A stretch of 64,000 nucleotides of DNA from Thermodesulfobacteriota bacterium (GCA_036340075.1 JAYYZJ010000003.1:64001-128000), one strand, 5' to 3'; shown: positions 10,818 to 21,193, numbered from the stretch's first letter. Made by a program: numbers and translations. The notes: a model not told the origin generated them from the letters alone.

Positions 10818-11370
10818 TTGATTTTTTTACCGCCTTTGTCTTTTTTGGGAGAACAATCATAGTTAAATTTTTTCCTTCAAATTTTGGATCATTGTCTAGT
10901 TCTCCAAACTCAGCTGAGTGCTCAATTATCTTATCAACTAATTGCTGACCTAAATTTTTATGAACAATTTCTCTACCTTTGAACCATAGCCTAACTTTGA
11001 CTTTGTGCCCATCAGTAAGGAACTCTTTGAGTCTGTTAATTTTAACATTAAAATCATTTTCTCCAATATTTGGTCTAAACTTAATCTCTTTAAGCGCCTG
11101 AGTTTTAGTTTTTCTAAGAGATGTTTGCTTCTTCTGATCGTATCTGAACTTTCCATAGTCCATAATTTTACAAACAGGGGGTTCGGCATCTGGGGATATC
11201 TCAACTAAATCTGTGGAATTCTGTTGTGCCATTGCAAGAGCATCGCCGATAGAAAGAATACCAACCTGAGAACCATCTAGGCCTATTACTCTAACCTCGG
11301 AAGCCCTGATGGATTTGTTAATTCTATTTCCGCTTGGCTTTCTTCTAGAACCAAATACTTTGTTTCTTAT
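10789..11370 (-). CDS. infC: Translation initiation factor IF-3, with non-canonical ATA start
   Basis: The frame extends 46 codons upstream of the listed ATG (RINKSIRASEVRVIGLDGSQVG...) to ATA at 11370, 7 nt after AGGAGG. DLVEISP.A.PPVCKIMDYGKF and KEIKFRP motifs are present. Confidence 0.93.
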   Translation of the reverse strand: MRNKVFGSRRKPSGNRINKSIRASEVRVIGLDGSQVGILSIGDALAMAQQNSTDLVEISPDAEPPVCKIMDYGKFRYDQKKQTSLRKTKTQALKEIKFRPNIGENDFNVKINRLKEFLTDGHKVKVRLWFKGREIVHKNLGQQLVDKIIEHSAEFGELDNDPKFEGKNLTMIVLPKKTKAVKKSNGKSKDEVQ

Positions 11371-13274
11371 AAGCTATCCTCCTGTTGGATCTCTCCATTA
11401 ATTATTGAGAGAAAATCATCTAATTTTATTTCCCCGATTTGCTCTCCTCCGTATTTCCTTACACTAACCGTCTTATTCTCCATCTCTGACTTTCCTATAG
11501 TCAGAATATATGGAACCTTTGCAATTTCAGCCTCTCTAATTTTAAGACCTAGTTTTTCATTTCTTTGATCAACCTCTGCCCTAAATTTAAGCCTTCGAAA
11601 ATTTTCCATTAAATTATTCGAATAATCAAATTGCTCTTCAGACACGGTTAGTATCTTTATTTGAACTGGGGCTAACCAAAAAGGAAAAGCTCCTCCGTAA
11701 TGCTCAACTAAGATACCAAAAAATCTTTCAAAGGAGCCAAATATAGCTCTATGAATCATTACCGGCTGAAGTCTATCATTATCCCGTGAAATATAATTAA
11801 GGTCAAATCTCTTTGGTAAATTAAAATCAACTTGTACGGTTGAGCACTGCCACGATCTCCCTAAAACATCTTTAATTTTTAAATCAATCTTTGGTCCATA
11901 AAAAGCTCCTCCGCCTTCATCTATGCTGAATTCCAATGACTTATTTCTTAGAGCTGCCTTTAAAGCATTTGTTGCATCGTTCCAGTCTTCTTCAGAGCCA
12001 ACAAATTTTCCTGGTCTGGTAGAAACAAATATTTCATACTCTTTGAATCCGAACGCCTCGAGAAATTTAATTGTTAAATCAATTACATCATTAACTTCTG
12101 ATTCGATTTGATCTAACATGCAAAAAATATGTGCATCATCTTGAGTAAAACCTCGTGCTCTAAATAGTCCATGTAAAACTCCTGACCTTTCATATCTATA
12201 GACCGTTCCTATCTCTGCAAATTTTACAGGTAAATCTCTATAGCTTCTTAACTCACTTTTATAAATCATTATATGAAAAGGACAGTTCATTGGTTTTGTT
12301 TGATATCTATTTTTATCGATTTCCATTTCGGAGAACATGTTTTCCTTGTAGAATTCTGAGTGTCCACTTGTCTCCCAAATATCAGCTTTTGCCAAGTGCG
12401 GCGTGTAAACGATTTGGTAATCAGCTTTTATATGTTGCTCTCTCCAATAATCTTCTATTATATTTCTTACAGTTGCTCCGTTGGGATGCCACATTACAAG
12501 TCCTGGGCCTATCTCGTCTGTTATTGAGAATAAATTTAATTCCTTTCCTAGTTTTCTATGATCTCTCTTTTTGGCCTCTTCGATTAGTAGTAGATGTTTT
12601 TTTAAATCTTTTTTGGTTAAGAAAGCTGTTCCATAAATTCTTTGTAGTGATTCTCTCGTTTCGTCTCCTCGCCAATAGGCACCCGCGACACTTAACAACT
12701 TAAATGCCTTCACATAAGAAGTCCTAGGTGCATGGGGACCTCTGCATAAATCAAACCACTCACCCTGGAAATAGAGTGAAATTTCTTCGGCTTTATCTAA
12801 ATCATTAATTATTTCTTCTTTAAAACTTTCACCCATTTTTTTAAATTTATTAAGCGCATCTTCTCTGGACAAAATCTCTTTCGTCATTGGCTTTTCCTGC
12901 TTAATTATTTCCAACATCTTCTTTTCGAAAAGTTCAAGATCTTCCTCAGTAAAGGTTCTCTCAGTATAAAAATCATAGTAGAATCCATTCTCGATAACTG
13001 GGCCTATGGTAACCTTGGTATCTGGATAAACAGATTGAACTGCCTCAGCTAAAATATGTGCAGCAGTATGACGTATTAAATCCAAAGCAGCTTTAGAGTC
13101 CTCTCGAACAACTTCAATTTTTACATCTTTTCTTGGTTGATGCTTCATGTCACGCAATTCTCCATCAACCAGAGCTCCGATCACTGAATTGTCATACTCT
13201 AGCTTGCATAAAATCTCTCCGACGTTCAAAGTATCTTCAAATTCGGAAATGTTGCCTTTAATATCTATCTTCAT
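11367..13274 (-). CDS. thrS: Threonine--tRNA ligase
   Basis: RHTAAH, DLCRGPH, RDHRKLG, KPMNCPFH, GAFYGPKID and HRAIFGSFERF motifs. Start placed at MKIDIK (13274) because the longer ORF runs into the tRNA. Confidence 0.96.
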   Translation of the reverse strand: MKIDIKGNISEFEDTLNVGEILCKLEYDNSVIGALVDGELRDMKHQPRKDVKIEVVREDSKAALDLIRHTAAHILAEAVQSVYPDTKVTIGPVIENGFYYDFYTERTFTEEDLELFEKKMLEIIKQEKPMTKEILSREDALNKFKKMGESFKEEIINDLDKAEEISLYFQGEWFDLCRGPHAPRTSYVKAFKLLSVAGAYWRGDETRESLQRIYGTAFLTKKDLKKHLLLIEEAKKRDHRKLGKELNLFSITDEIGPGLVMWHPNGATVRNIIEDYWREQHIKADYQIVYTPHLAKADIWETSGHSEFYKENMFSEMEIDKNRYQTKPMNCPFHIMIYKSELRSYRDLPVKFAEIGTVYRYERSGVLHGLFRARGFTQDDAHIFCMLDQIESEVNDVIDLTIKFLEAFGFKEYEIFVSTRPGKFVGSEEDWNDATNALKAALRNKSLEFSIDEGGGAFYGPKIDLKIKDVLGRSWQCSTVQVDFNLPKRFDLNYISRDNDRLQPVMIHRAIFGSFERFFGILVEHYGGAFPFWLAPVQIKILTVSEEQFDYSNNLMENFRRLKFRAEVDQRNEKLGLKIREAEIAKVPYILTIGKSEMENKTVSVRKYGGEQIGEIKLDDFLSIINGEIQQEDSL

Positions 13275-13283
13275 ATATGTACA

Positions 13284-13355
13284 TGAGCACGAGTGGATTT
13301 GAACCACCGACCTCTTGCGTGTCAAGCAAGCGCTCTCCCCCTGAGCTACGCGCTC
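13284..13355 (-). tRNA. tRNA-Val(GAC), CCA not encoded
   Basis: GAGCGCG TA GCTC AGGGGGA GAGC G CTTGC TTGACAC GCAAG AGGTC GGTGG TTCAAAT CCACT CGTGCTC A forms a full cloverleaf with anticodon GAC. Confidence 0.95.
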
Positions 13356-13373
13356 AATTAGCTTAACGAAAAT

Positions 13374-13401
13374 ATTGTAAATACATGAAAATATAAATCA
13401 A
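13374..13401 (-). promoter_or_regulatory. Putative sigma70 promoter for tRNA-Val/thrS
   Basis: Minus strand reads TTGATT-16 nt-TACAAT, ending 18 nt upstream of the tRNA. Confidence 0.5.
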
Positions 13402-13415
13402 ATGCTGTAATATAT

Positions 13416-14315
13416 ATGTATATGATTTCAAATAATAATGTTGTTTTAGAAACAAATCTGGAAAATCAAAATCTTATAAATAGAGGCAAAGTTAGGGACT
13501 TGTACGATATGGGCGATTCCCTATTAATTGTTTCATCTGATAGAATCTCAGCTTACGACTATGTTCTTCCTACAGGAATTTTAGGTAAGGGCGAAGTTCT
13601 AACTAGACTTTCTAAATTCTGGTTTGCTTTGACATCTGACATAGTAGGAAATCATTTCATAACTGAAGATGTATTTTCCCATTATGAATCTTTAAAAGAA
13701 CACTTTGATGTTCTCAATGGAAGATCAATGATAGTGAAGAAAGCAAAACCTTTACCTGTTGAATGTATAGTTCGTGGATATATAACCGGATCAGGCTGGG
13801 GAGAATATAAGAAGAATGGAACTGTTTGCGGAATCGAATTAAAGCAGGGTTTGGTTGAATCAGAGAAACTATCAGAGCCAATCTTTACTCCTTCTACTAA
13901 GGCGGAGCAAGGAGAGCACGACGAAAATATAAATTTCGCGCAATGTGTGAATATAATTGGTGAAGATTTGGCAAACAAAGTTAAAGATTATTCGATTCAG
14001 ATATATTCTAAAGCACGAGATTATGCAGAATCAAAAGGAATCCTTATCGCTGATACAAAATTTGAATTTGGTTTAATTGACAATGATGAGTTAATTTTAA
14101 TCGATGAAGTTCTTACTCCTGATTCATCACGATTCTGGCCAAAAGATTTATATGAGGCAGGAAGAGGTCAACAAAGTTATGACAAGCAATTCGTTAGAGA
14201 CTATCTAACTTCAGTAGGCTGGGATAAGAATCCACCGGCTCCTGATCTTCCGGAAGATATTGCAAAGAAAACAAGTGATAAGTACATTGAGGCTCTAAGC
14301 TTGCTAACTGCCTAA
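13416..14315 (+). CDS. purC: SAICAR synthase
   Basis: RGKVRDLY, SDRISAYD, ECIVRGY..GSGW, FTPSTKA, ADTKFEFG and DEVLTPDSSRFW motifs. Confidence 0.96.
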   Translation: MYMISNNNVVLETNLENQNLINRGKVRDLYDMGDSLLIVSSDRISAYDYVLPTGILGKGEVLTRLSKFWFALTSDIVGNHFITEDVFSHYESLKEHFDVLNGRSMIVKKAKPLPVECIVRGYITGSGWGEYKKNGTVCGIELKQGLVESEKLSEPIFTPSTKAEQGEHDENINFAQCVNIIGEDLANKVKDYSIQIYSKARDYAESKGILIADTKFEFGLIDNDELILIDEVLTPDSSRFWPKDLYEAGRGQQSYDKQFVRDYLTSVGWDKNPPAPDLPEDIAKKTSDKYIEALSLLTA

Positions 14316-15298
14316 TGTTTGATTCCATACTTGATATTCTTTTACCTTTTTTGCAACTTGCATTTGGGATTGGTCTACTTTGGAAAGGTTCTTTTTCGTT
14401 AATCGAGTATTCTCTAAAAATAGGTAAACAACTAAACTTGTCAGAACTCTTTATAGGAATGACTTTGCTTGCCTGGGCTACTTCTTTGCCTGAAATCTTT
14501 GTACTAATAAATTCAATTATATTTATCAAGAGTGATCCTTCATCGGCAATGTATGGGACTATCATTGGCAGCAATTTTGCAAATATAAGTTTGGTTCTAG
14601 GGCTTGGGGTTTTGTTCTCTAGTAAACATTTTATAGCAAAGGCTGAAAATTTTAGTACTCGTTTCACAATTATTTTCTTTGCTACTTTGTGTCTGGTTGG
14701 ATATCCATTAATTAAATCAACCAATAACCAACTTGCTCTTTTATTATCTCTACTAATGACGGGGAGCATGATTCTTTATATTTTCACATCATATAATAAA
14801 TCCTCTGTTGAAAATGTAGCAAAAATAAAACTTAAATACAAACAGTTAGCAAAGGATGCCGGTGCTTTGATTGCATCAATATGTGTAATATATTTTGGAG
14901 CCTTTTGCGTAACCTCACTAGGCAAGATACTTATGGAAACTTTCGAAGTGTCATCTGCTACAATAGGAGGACTGTTTTTTGCACTTTCTACTTCTGCCCC
15001 TGAAATATTTACATCGCTTGTAGCAATAATAAAATTCAAAAAAAGTACATTGGTTCTTGGTAATGTTCTTGGGAGCAATATAGCGAATATTTTTGGATTT
15101 GGCTTAATAAGTCTATTTTATAATATCAATATAGGTTCTGAGAACACTCTACTCGCTAGCGGTGGTCTTCTTCTTGGGGCTGAGATTCTTGCCTTCTTGC
15201 TTTGTATCTGCTACTTAAAAAACAATGAAGTAAGGATTCCTTATTGGCTTGGACTTTTCTTGATTGTTATTTACTATTTATTTGTAAGAATTGTATGA
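14315..15298 (+). CDS. Calcium/sodium antiporter (CaCA, YrbG-like)
   Basis: About 10 TM segments with two alpha repeats: ATSLPE...GSNFAN and STSAPE...GSNIAN. Confidence 0.85.
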   Translation: MFDSILDILLPFLQLAFGIGLLWKGSFSLIEYSLKIGKQLNLSELFIGMTLLAWATSLPEIFVLINSIIFIKSDPSSAMYGTIIGSNFANISLVLGLGVLFSSKHFIAKAENFSTRFTIIFFATLCLVGYPLIKSTNNQLALLLSLLMTGSMILYIFTSYNKSSVENVAKIKLKYKQLAKDAGALIASICVIYFGAFCVTSLGKILMETFEVSSATIGGLFFALSTSAPEIFTSLVAIIKFKKSTLVLGNVLGSNIANIFGFGLISLFYNINIGSENTLLASGGLLLGAEILAFLLCICYLKNNEVRIPYWLGLFLIVIYYLFVRIV

Positions 15299-16251
15299 GC
15301 GCTATATTAGATTCAGTAGATGAAAAGAAAATAGAATTTCAAAATATAAGCTTTTTTAAGCTTCTGTCCGGCATCAATCAAAGCAATTTCTTAAATATAG
15401 AAAAAATCTACAAGATTAAAATACATTCAAGAGGATGTGAAATTAAAATTGTTGGTCCATCAATAGCAGTAGAAAAAGCGCTAATGCTAATAGAAAGTTT
15501 TTATAAAATTATATCTAAAGGATATCTGCCCACTGAAAGCGACTTTGAACTTGGAGCAAAAATTCTTGAAAAAAAGAGTCATTCAATTGAGGAAATTTTT
15601 TTAGATACAGTTTGTTTAACCACGGATAAAAAAACGATAGCTCCAAAAAGTATTAATCAAAAGCTTTATATAGACTCTATAAGGAAACACGATATAGTTT
15701 TTGGTACAGGTCCTGCTGGTACAGGAAAAACTTTTCTTGCTGTTGCTACAGCAGTATCATATCTAAACCAGAAAAAAATTAAAAGAATAGTGCTAACTAG
15801 ACCAGCAGTAGAAGCTGGGGAAAAATTAGGATTTCTTCCTGGAGATTTAACTGAAAAGATTGATCCATACTTAAGGCCTCTATTTGATGCGTTAAACGAA
15901 ATGATGGATTTTGAAAAAATTTCCCTTCTTATAGAAAAAAATGTTATTGAAATAGCTCCTCTTGCTTTTATGAGAGGTAGGACTCTTAATGATGCATTTA
16001 TAATTTTGGATGAAGCTCAGAATACTACTTCTTCACAAATGAAGATGTTTTTAACTCGGCTTGGTTTCAATTCAAAAACTATAGTTACTGGTGACACTAC
16101 ACAGATTGATCTTGATAAAAATACAAAATCTGGTCTACTCGAAGCTGTTAGCATTCTTGCAAGCATTGAAGAAATTAGCTTTTGCTCTTTTAATAATGAT
16201 GATGTGGTAAGGCACCCTCTTACAAAGAAGATAATTGATGCTTATAAATAA
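15295..16251 (+). CDS. phoH: PhoH-family ATPase
   Basis: GPAGTGKT, LTRPAVEAGEKLGFLPG, APLAFMRGRTL, DEAQN and VVRHPL motifs. Start MSAIL overlaps the upstream stop (ATGA). Confidence 0.92.
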   Translation: MSAILDSVDEKKIEFQNISFFKLLSGINQSNFLNIEKIYKIKIHSRGCEIKIVGPSIAVEKALMLIESFYKIISKGYLPTESDFELGAKILEKKSHSIEEIFLDTVCLTTDKKTIAPKSINQKLYIDSIRKHDIVFGTGPAGTGKTFLAVATAVSYLNQKKIKRIVLTRPAVEAGEKLGFLPGDLTEKIDPYLRPLFDALNEMMDFEKISLLIEKNVIEIAPLAFMRGRTLNDAFIILDEAQNTTSSQMKMFLTRLGFNSKTIVTGDTTQIDLDKNTKSGLLEAVSILASIEEISFCSFNNDDVVRHPLTKKIIDAYK

Positions 16252-17519
16252 ATTATCTCGCCTCTTTCTGGTCCAACAGAAATCATTGTAATTGGTATAG
16301 ACAAAAATTGTTCAATGAATGTGATGAAAGTTTTCAAATTTTTTGGCACTTTTTTCGATTTTAATTCATTCAAATCCCATGAATCAAATTCTTTATATAT
16401 AGGCTCGATACTATTCAAATCTTCTAAATCTTGAGGCATTGAAGTTATTTTCTTATTTTTAACTTTGTATGCAATACAGACTTTCACAGAGCTAAACATA
16501 GAAAGGATATCAATTTTTGTCATAGCTAGTGAACTAATGCCTGATATTTGAATAGAATGTTTTAGAGCTATTAAGTCCAACCAGCCACATCTTCTAGGAC
16601 GTCCAGTTGTAGCTCCATATTCTGTTCCAAACTCTCTTAATGATAACCCTTGATCATCGGACATTTCGCTCGGAAAAGGGCCATGGCCAACTCTTGTAGT
16701 ATAGGCTTTTGTAATGCCCACTACATTGCCTAAATCTTTAAATGGAACACCAGTGCCGGATGATGCCGACCCAGAAATTGTTGAAGAGGAGGTAACAAAA
16801 GGATAAGTTCCAAAGTCTATATCTAACATAACTCCTTGCGCGCCCTCAAATAATATCTTCTTTTTTTTCTTTATCTCTTTATTTAAATACTCCTGCGTAT
16901 CACACACAAATTCTTTTATATACTTATAATTCTTCAAAATAAGACTAAGAACATCTGCGGATCTAATTCCTTTTTCGTTAAACACTTTTCTTAAAATTCC
17001 ATTTTTTTCTCTTAGAATAAAATTAATCTTCTTTGTTAGCTCTTTTTTGTTCTTTAAATCTATCACTCTTATTCCTTGTCTTGATACTTTATCTTCATAT
17101 GCTGGCCCTATTCCTCTACCTGTAGTTCCTATAGCATCTTTACCTTTTAAAGTCTCTCTTCCTCGTTCAATAGATTTATGATAGGGAAGAATAATATTTG
17201 CCAACGAGCTTATTTTTAGGTTCTTGCTTGTAACACCAAAACCAAGGCGTCTTAAAGCTTTTATCTCTTGAACTAAGATTTCCAAATCAATAACTGTTCC
17301 ATTTCCTATTACTGATACTTTTTTCTTTCGTAATACCCCTGAAGGTATGTGATGTAACACGATTTTCTTTTTGTCGATTATAATTGTATGACCAGCATTG
17401 CTTCCACCTTGAAAACGGGCAATAATATCAAACTTTTCGGAAATCAAATCTATTATTCTTCCTTTTCCTTCGTCTCCCCATTGAGCTCCAACCACTACAA
17501 TATTATCTTTGGATTTCAT
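16242..17519 (-). CDS. purA: Adenylosuccinate synthetase
   Basis: GAQWGDEGKG, GG.NAGHT, IGTTGRGIGP.Y.DK, FEGAQG and TTGRPRRCGWLD motifs. Confidence 0.96.
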   Translation of the reverse strand: MKSKDNIVVVGAQWGDEGKGRIIDLISEKFDIIARFQGGSNAGHTIIIDKKKIVLHHIPSGVLRKKKVSVIGNGTVIDLEILVQEIKALRRLGFGVTSKNLKISSLANIILPYHKSIERGRETLKGKDAIGTTGRGIGPAYEDKVSRQGIRVIDLKNKKELTKKINFILREKNGILRKVFNEKGIRSADVLSLILKNYKYIKEFVCDTQEYLNKEIKKKKKILFEGAQGVMLDIDFGTYPFVTSSSTISGSASSGTGVPFKDLGNVVGITKAYTTRVGHGPFPSEMSDDQGLSLREFGTEYGATTGRPRRCGWLDLIALKHSIQISGISSLAMTKIDILSMFSSVKVCIAYKVKNKKITSMPQDLEDLNSIEPIYKEFDSWDLNELKSKKVPKNLKTFITFIEQFLSIPITMISVGPERGEIIYL

Positions 17520-18736
17520 TACAGCTCCTCTTCTTTAAGTTGAGATAAAGTTTTGTAATTCCCGGTCTTTTTGTTTGACTTGTTATATAAATCAATTGAT
17601 TGATTATTGTTGACCTTTACCCGTATATCAAACTCGCCTTTGTATTGATTCTTTTGATTCGATAAAATGCATACAAATCCTTGGGAATTAAAAAAGTCCC
17701 TTGCTTCAAATGACAATGATAAGTTCTTAGGGATTAAATGTTCGATAACAACTACCGGAATCCCGAGATCTTTATAATCAATTTTTGCTAGAAGAGGTAA
17801 AATGTTTATCCCGAATCCAATTGCCGGCAAATTTTTTCCATATTTTTTAATTAATTCATTATATCTACCTCCAGAAACAACTATTTGATTTGCACCTGGT
17901 ATAGCTATATCAAAAGTAATATTTGAATAATAAGAAAAATCTTTTACGTCTAGAAGATCTATTGCTACGTTGAGGTTAGGATTTAATGACTTTAGGGAAT
18001 CAGATAAGAATTCCACTTTTTTTAATTCGTTTTGTACATTTGCTGGCAAGCCCTTAATGTTGACGCTTTTTTGAGAAATTAACGGAACCACATAATTTTT
18101 TAAAAAATCTCCTTCTTTTTTTGGTAATTTTCTATCTTTAAGAAATTTTTTAATTGAGTCAAAGTCTTTCTTGTGAAACAGTGGGGCTATCTTCTCTTTA
18201 ATTGTAGGAAGTTTAGAGAAAATAAAATTTAAAAAAAGTGAGGAATTAAGAGTAATTGTTTGTCTATCGAATCCCAGCTTGTTAAGAATTCGTGATGGTA
18301 ATAAAATTATTTCTAAATCTGATTCGATTTCGTCTGATCCAATCAATTCGCATCCTACTTGGAAAATTTCTCTCTTGTTCCTAATGTCTTTCGATTGGTT
18401 TCTAACAACTCTTTCAATATAACAAAGTCTAAAAGGTGAAGATTCTTCCTTGTAGTTGGTTGCTATATATCTTGCTATTTGCGGAGTCACATCTGACCTG
18501 ATACCCAATACGTCTCCATTTAAAGGATCTATAAATTTAATAATATTAGGAACTTCTTCTTGTTTTGTTCCTACCTCTAAAGAGTCTAATTTTTCAAATA
18601 TTGGGGTAAGTATTTTTTTATATCCCCAAACCTCGGCCTCATCTAAAAAAATGCTTGATACAAAGTCTATCTTTTTAACATCTTGGGTTCTGTAATCTTT
18701 TAGTCCTACTGGAAGCAAAAACCTTTCTGACATCAA
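17519..18736 (-). CDS. hisZ: ATP phosphoribosyltransferase regulatory subunit (HisRS paralogue)
   Basis: R.D.TPQIAR, RLCY, RE.FQ.G.ELIG, GGRY..L...G...PA.GF motifs; hisZ-purA synteny; a short HisG is present in the window. Confidence 0.85.
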   Translation of the reverse strand: MMSERFLLPVGLKDYRTQDVKKIDFVSSIFLDEAEVWGYKKILTPIFEKLDSLEVGTKQEEVPNIIKFIDPLNGDVLGIRSDVTPQIARYIATNYKEESSPFRLCYIERVVRNQSKDIRNKREIFQVGCELIGSDEIESDLEIILLPSRILNKLGFDRQTITLNSSLFLNFIFSKLPTIKEKIAPLFHKKDFDSIKKFLKDRKLPKKEGDFLKNYVVPLISQKSVNIKGLPANVQNELKKVEFLSDSLKSLNPNLNVAIDLLDVKDFSYYSNITFDIAIPGANQIVVSGGRYNELIKKYGKNLPAIGFGINILPLLAKIDYKDLGIPVVVIEHLIPKNLSLSFEARDFFNSQGFVCILSNQKNQYKGEFDIRVKVNNNQSIDLYNKSNKKTGNYKTLSQLKEEEL

Positions 18737-20331
18737 AATATTACCTGCTCGATACTCTTAACTTGAGGCAAGTTGGCGATATATTCTAATGTCTCTTCTG
18801 ATACTGGGGAGTCCACCGAGATAAACGATAGGGCTGAATCTTGATTGGTTGAATCATCTTTTCTACTTAAATAAAGTCTACCAATATTGATATTCATTTT
18901 TCCTAATGCTTCTCCAAGCAATCCTATAACTCCGGGTTTGTCATCATTTTCTATAATTAAAACATTGCCTTCAGGGGGGACATCAATGGCATGCTGGTTA
19001 AGCTTAGTTAGAATAGGTTTCTTCTTACCAAAGATTGATCCGGAAACTGCAAAATTCCCTGCTTCAGTATTGACAATGAGTGTCATCAAACTGGAAAAGT
19101 CTTCTTCTGCTGTCAATTTAACCTCTTTTAGTTTTATTCCTCTTTCTTCTGCAATTAGAGGTGCATTAACATAAGTTACTGGGGCGCTCATCATTGGAGA
19201 GAGATAACCTTTAAGGGCAGAGACAGTTAAAGGGGCAATATTCATTTCCGCAATATTTCCAGTGTATTCTACTATAATTTCTTTTGCGCTAGTCTTACAA
19301 AGCTGACCCATAAAGCTTCCTAATTTTTCAGATAATTCAAGAAAAGGCTTTAATTCTGATATTACTTCTTCACTCATTGAAGGCATATTTACAGCATTAG
19401 ACACTACTCCTTTGTTTGCATACTCTATTATTTGTTCGGCCATTGCTATACCCACTTTTGCTTGAGCTTCTTCTGTTGATGCTCCAAGATGCGGTGTGTA
19501 AATAATCTTATTGTTATCTTTAAAAATTGGAGATTTAAAATCAGGAGGCTCTTCTTCGAATACATCGATTGCGGCTCCAGCAATTTTTCCTGATTTAACT
19601 CCATCAACTACATCATGCTCGTTAACAATTCCTCCTCTTGCGCAATTAATAACAATTACTCCGTCTTTCATTAGACCTATAGTCCCTTTGGAAATTAAAT
19701 CTTTAGTAGCCCCGGTCAAAGGTGTATGAACGCTAATAATATCAGAGCGTTCAAAAATCTCATCCATTGCAACTAAATCAATAGGTAGATTAAGATTGGT
19801 CTCTTTGGATATATACGGATCATGGGCAATTACTTTCATTTTTAACCCTATTGCTCTTTCAGCAACTAGCCTTCCTATGTTTCCCATTCCTATAATTCCC
19901 ATAACTTTTCCATAAAGCTCTTTTCCTTGAAAACTTGATCTTTCCCATTTTTTTTCTTTCATTGATGAATAAGCTTGTGGAACATTTCTAGCTAGGGAAA
20001 ATAAGAGGGCAATTGTATGTTCGGCTGTTGTAATTGCATTTGCAGAAGGAGTATTCATGACTACGATTCCTTTTTTAGATGCTTCTTTTACATCTACATT
20101 GTCAACACCTATTCCTGCCCTACCAATTAATTTAAAATTCTCCCCCAAATTTTCTATTATTTCTTTATCGATTGTAGTTGCACTTCTAATTACTACAGCA
20201 TCGTAATTATTAATAATTTTTTTTAATTCTTGTCTTTCGGTCTTCTTTCGTAAATCAACATCAATGTTTGGGTGTTGGTTTAAGAGCTCAAGCCCTTCTT
20301 TGGAAAGACCGTCCGTTATTAAAATTTTCAA
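18733..20331 (-). CDS. serA: D-3-phosphoglycerate dehydrogenase (with ASB and ACT domains)
   Basis: GRAGIGVDNVD, G.G.IG, NCARGG, TPHLGAST.EAQ and C-terminal D.PGVIG motifs; TTG start with GGAGG SD. Confidence 0.95.
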   Translation of the reverse strand: MKILITDGLSKEGLELLNQHPNIDVDLRKKTERQELKKIINNYDAVVIRSATTIDKEIIENLGENFKLIGRAGIGVDNVDVKEASKKGIVVMNTPSANAITTAEHTIALLFSLARNVPQAYSSMKEKKWERSSFQGKELYGKVMGIIGMGNIGRLVAERAIGLKMKVIAHDPYISKETNLNLPIDLVAMDEIFERSDIISVHTPLTGATKDLISKGTIGLMKDGVIVINCARGGIVNEHDVVDGVKSGKIAGAAIDVFEEEPPDFKSPIFKDNNKIIYTPHLGASTEEAQAKVGIAMAEQIIEYANKGVVSNAVNMPSMSEEVISELKPFLELSEKLGSFMGQLCKTSAKEIIVEYTGNIAEMNIAPLTVSALKGYLSPMMSAPVTYVNAPLIAEERGIKLKEVKLTAEEDFSSLMTLIVNTEAGNFAVSGSIFGKKKPILTKLNQHAIDVPPEGNVLIIENDDKPGVIGLLGEALGKMNINIGRLYLSRKDDSTNQDSALSFISVDSPVSEETLEYIANLPQVKSIEQVIF

Positions 20332-20436
20332 ATATATCCTCCAAGGCCTACGAAATAAAAATATATTTTAGCAATCGATTAATGTCAATTAATAGTAATA
20401 ATTGTAAAAATTACAGGGTAAGTATAAGATTTATCT

Positions 20437-21168
20437 GTGAATCAAGAAAGCAAAATGAGTTTTTTACAGCATTTTGGGATATTACGTAAAAGTTTTATCA
20501 AAGTTATTTTATTCTTAGTTATTCTCTTTATCCCAGCGTTTTTTTTCCGCGACCTTCTGATGGACTTTGCACTTATGCCAATGAATCAATCTTTACCTCC
20601 TGATTCAAATATAATCTTTACAAAACCTGCTGAGGGACTGGCAGCTAATATTAAGATTGCTTTTTTAGCTAGTTTAATTATGACAATGCCAATAATTATT
20701 TATGAAATTTGGAGCTTTATTAAACCCGCTCTTTATGAAAACGAGAGGCTTGTCTCTTCAATAGTTATAGTGGTAGGGTCTCTGCTATTCTTTGCTGGAG
20801 CGTGTTTTTGCTTCTTTCTTGTTGCACCTGTAGCATTTGATGTACTAATAAATCAATATTCATCTGAGACAATAACCCCTCTTCCTAATATAAGTGATAC
20901 TTTGGGATTTTTAACTTCTTTAATACTTAGTTTTGGAATAATTTTTGAGTATCCACTTATTATCTTTCTGCTATCCAGGTTTGGTTTAACTTCTGCTGCT
21001 TTTTTATCATCAAAAAGAAAATATTCGATTCTATTATGTTGTATTCTTTCTGCAATCCTTACTCCCACAACCGATGTAATTTCAATGTTGTTTATGCTTT
21101 TACCCCTCTTGTTGTTTTATGAAGTTGGCGTATTAATAGCGTATCTATTTCACAAAGAAGATAATTGA
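20437..21168 (+). CDS. tatC: Twin-arginine translocase subunit TatC
   Basis: MSFL.H...LR, YEIW.FI.PALY..ER, FG..FE.P, AILTP..D and P...FYE motifs; six TM segments. Confidence 0.92.
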   Translation: MNQESKMSFLQHFGILRKSFIKVILFLVILFIPAFFFRDLLMDFALMPMNQSLPPDSNIIFTKPAEGLAANIKIAFLASLIMTMPIIIYEIWSFIKPALYENERLVSSIVIVVGSLLFFAGACFCFFLVAPVAFDVLINQYSSETITPLPNISDTLGFLTSLILSFGIIFEYPLIIFLLSRFGLTSAAFLSSKRKYSILLCCILSAILTPTTDVISMLFMLLPLLLFYEVGVLIAYLFHKEDN

Positions 21169-21193
21169 TAAGGAATCGTAATAATAGTAATCT
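21165..21193 (+). promoter_or_regulatory. Putative sigma70 promoter for the hotdog hydratase / CoA ligase operon
   Basis: TTGATA-17 nt-TAATCT, followed by SD-like AAGGGGG before the ATG at 21219. Confidence 0.5.

Noticed and set aside
10789..11232. infC as truncated or a pseudogene
   Set aside because: The frame continues without stops to an SD-preceded ATA at 11370, giving a full-length IF3.
13275..13325. Longer thrS N-terminus (MTRKRSVV...) from the ORF track
   Set aside because: It lies inside the tRNA-Val gene; the ATG at 13274 is more plausible.
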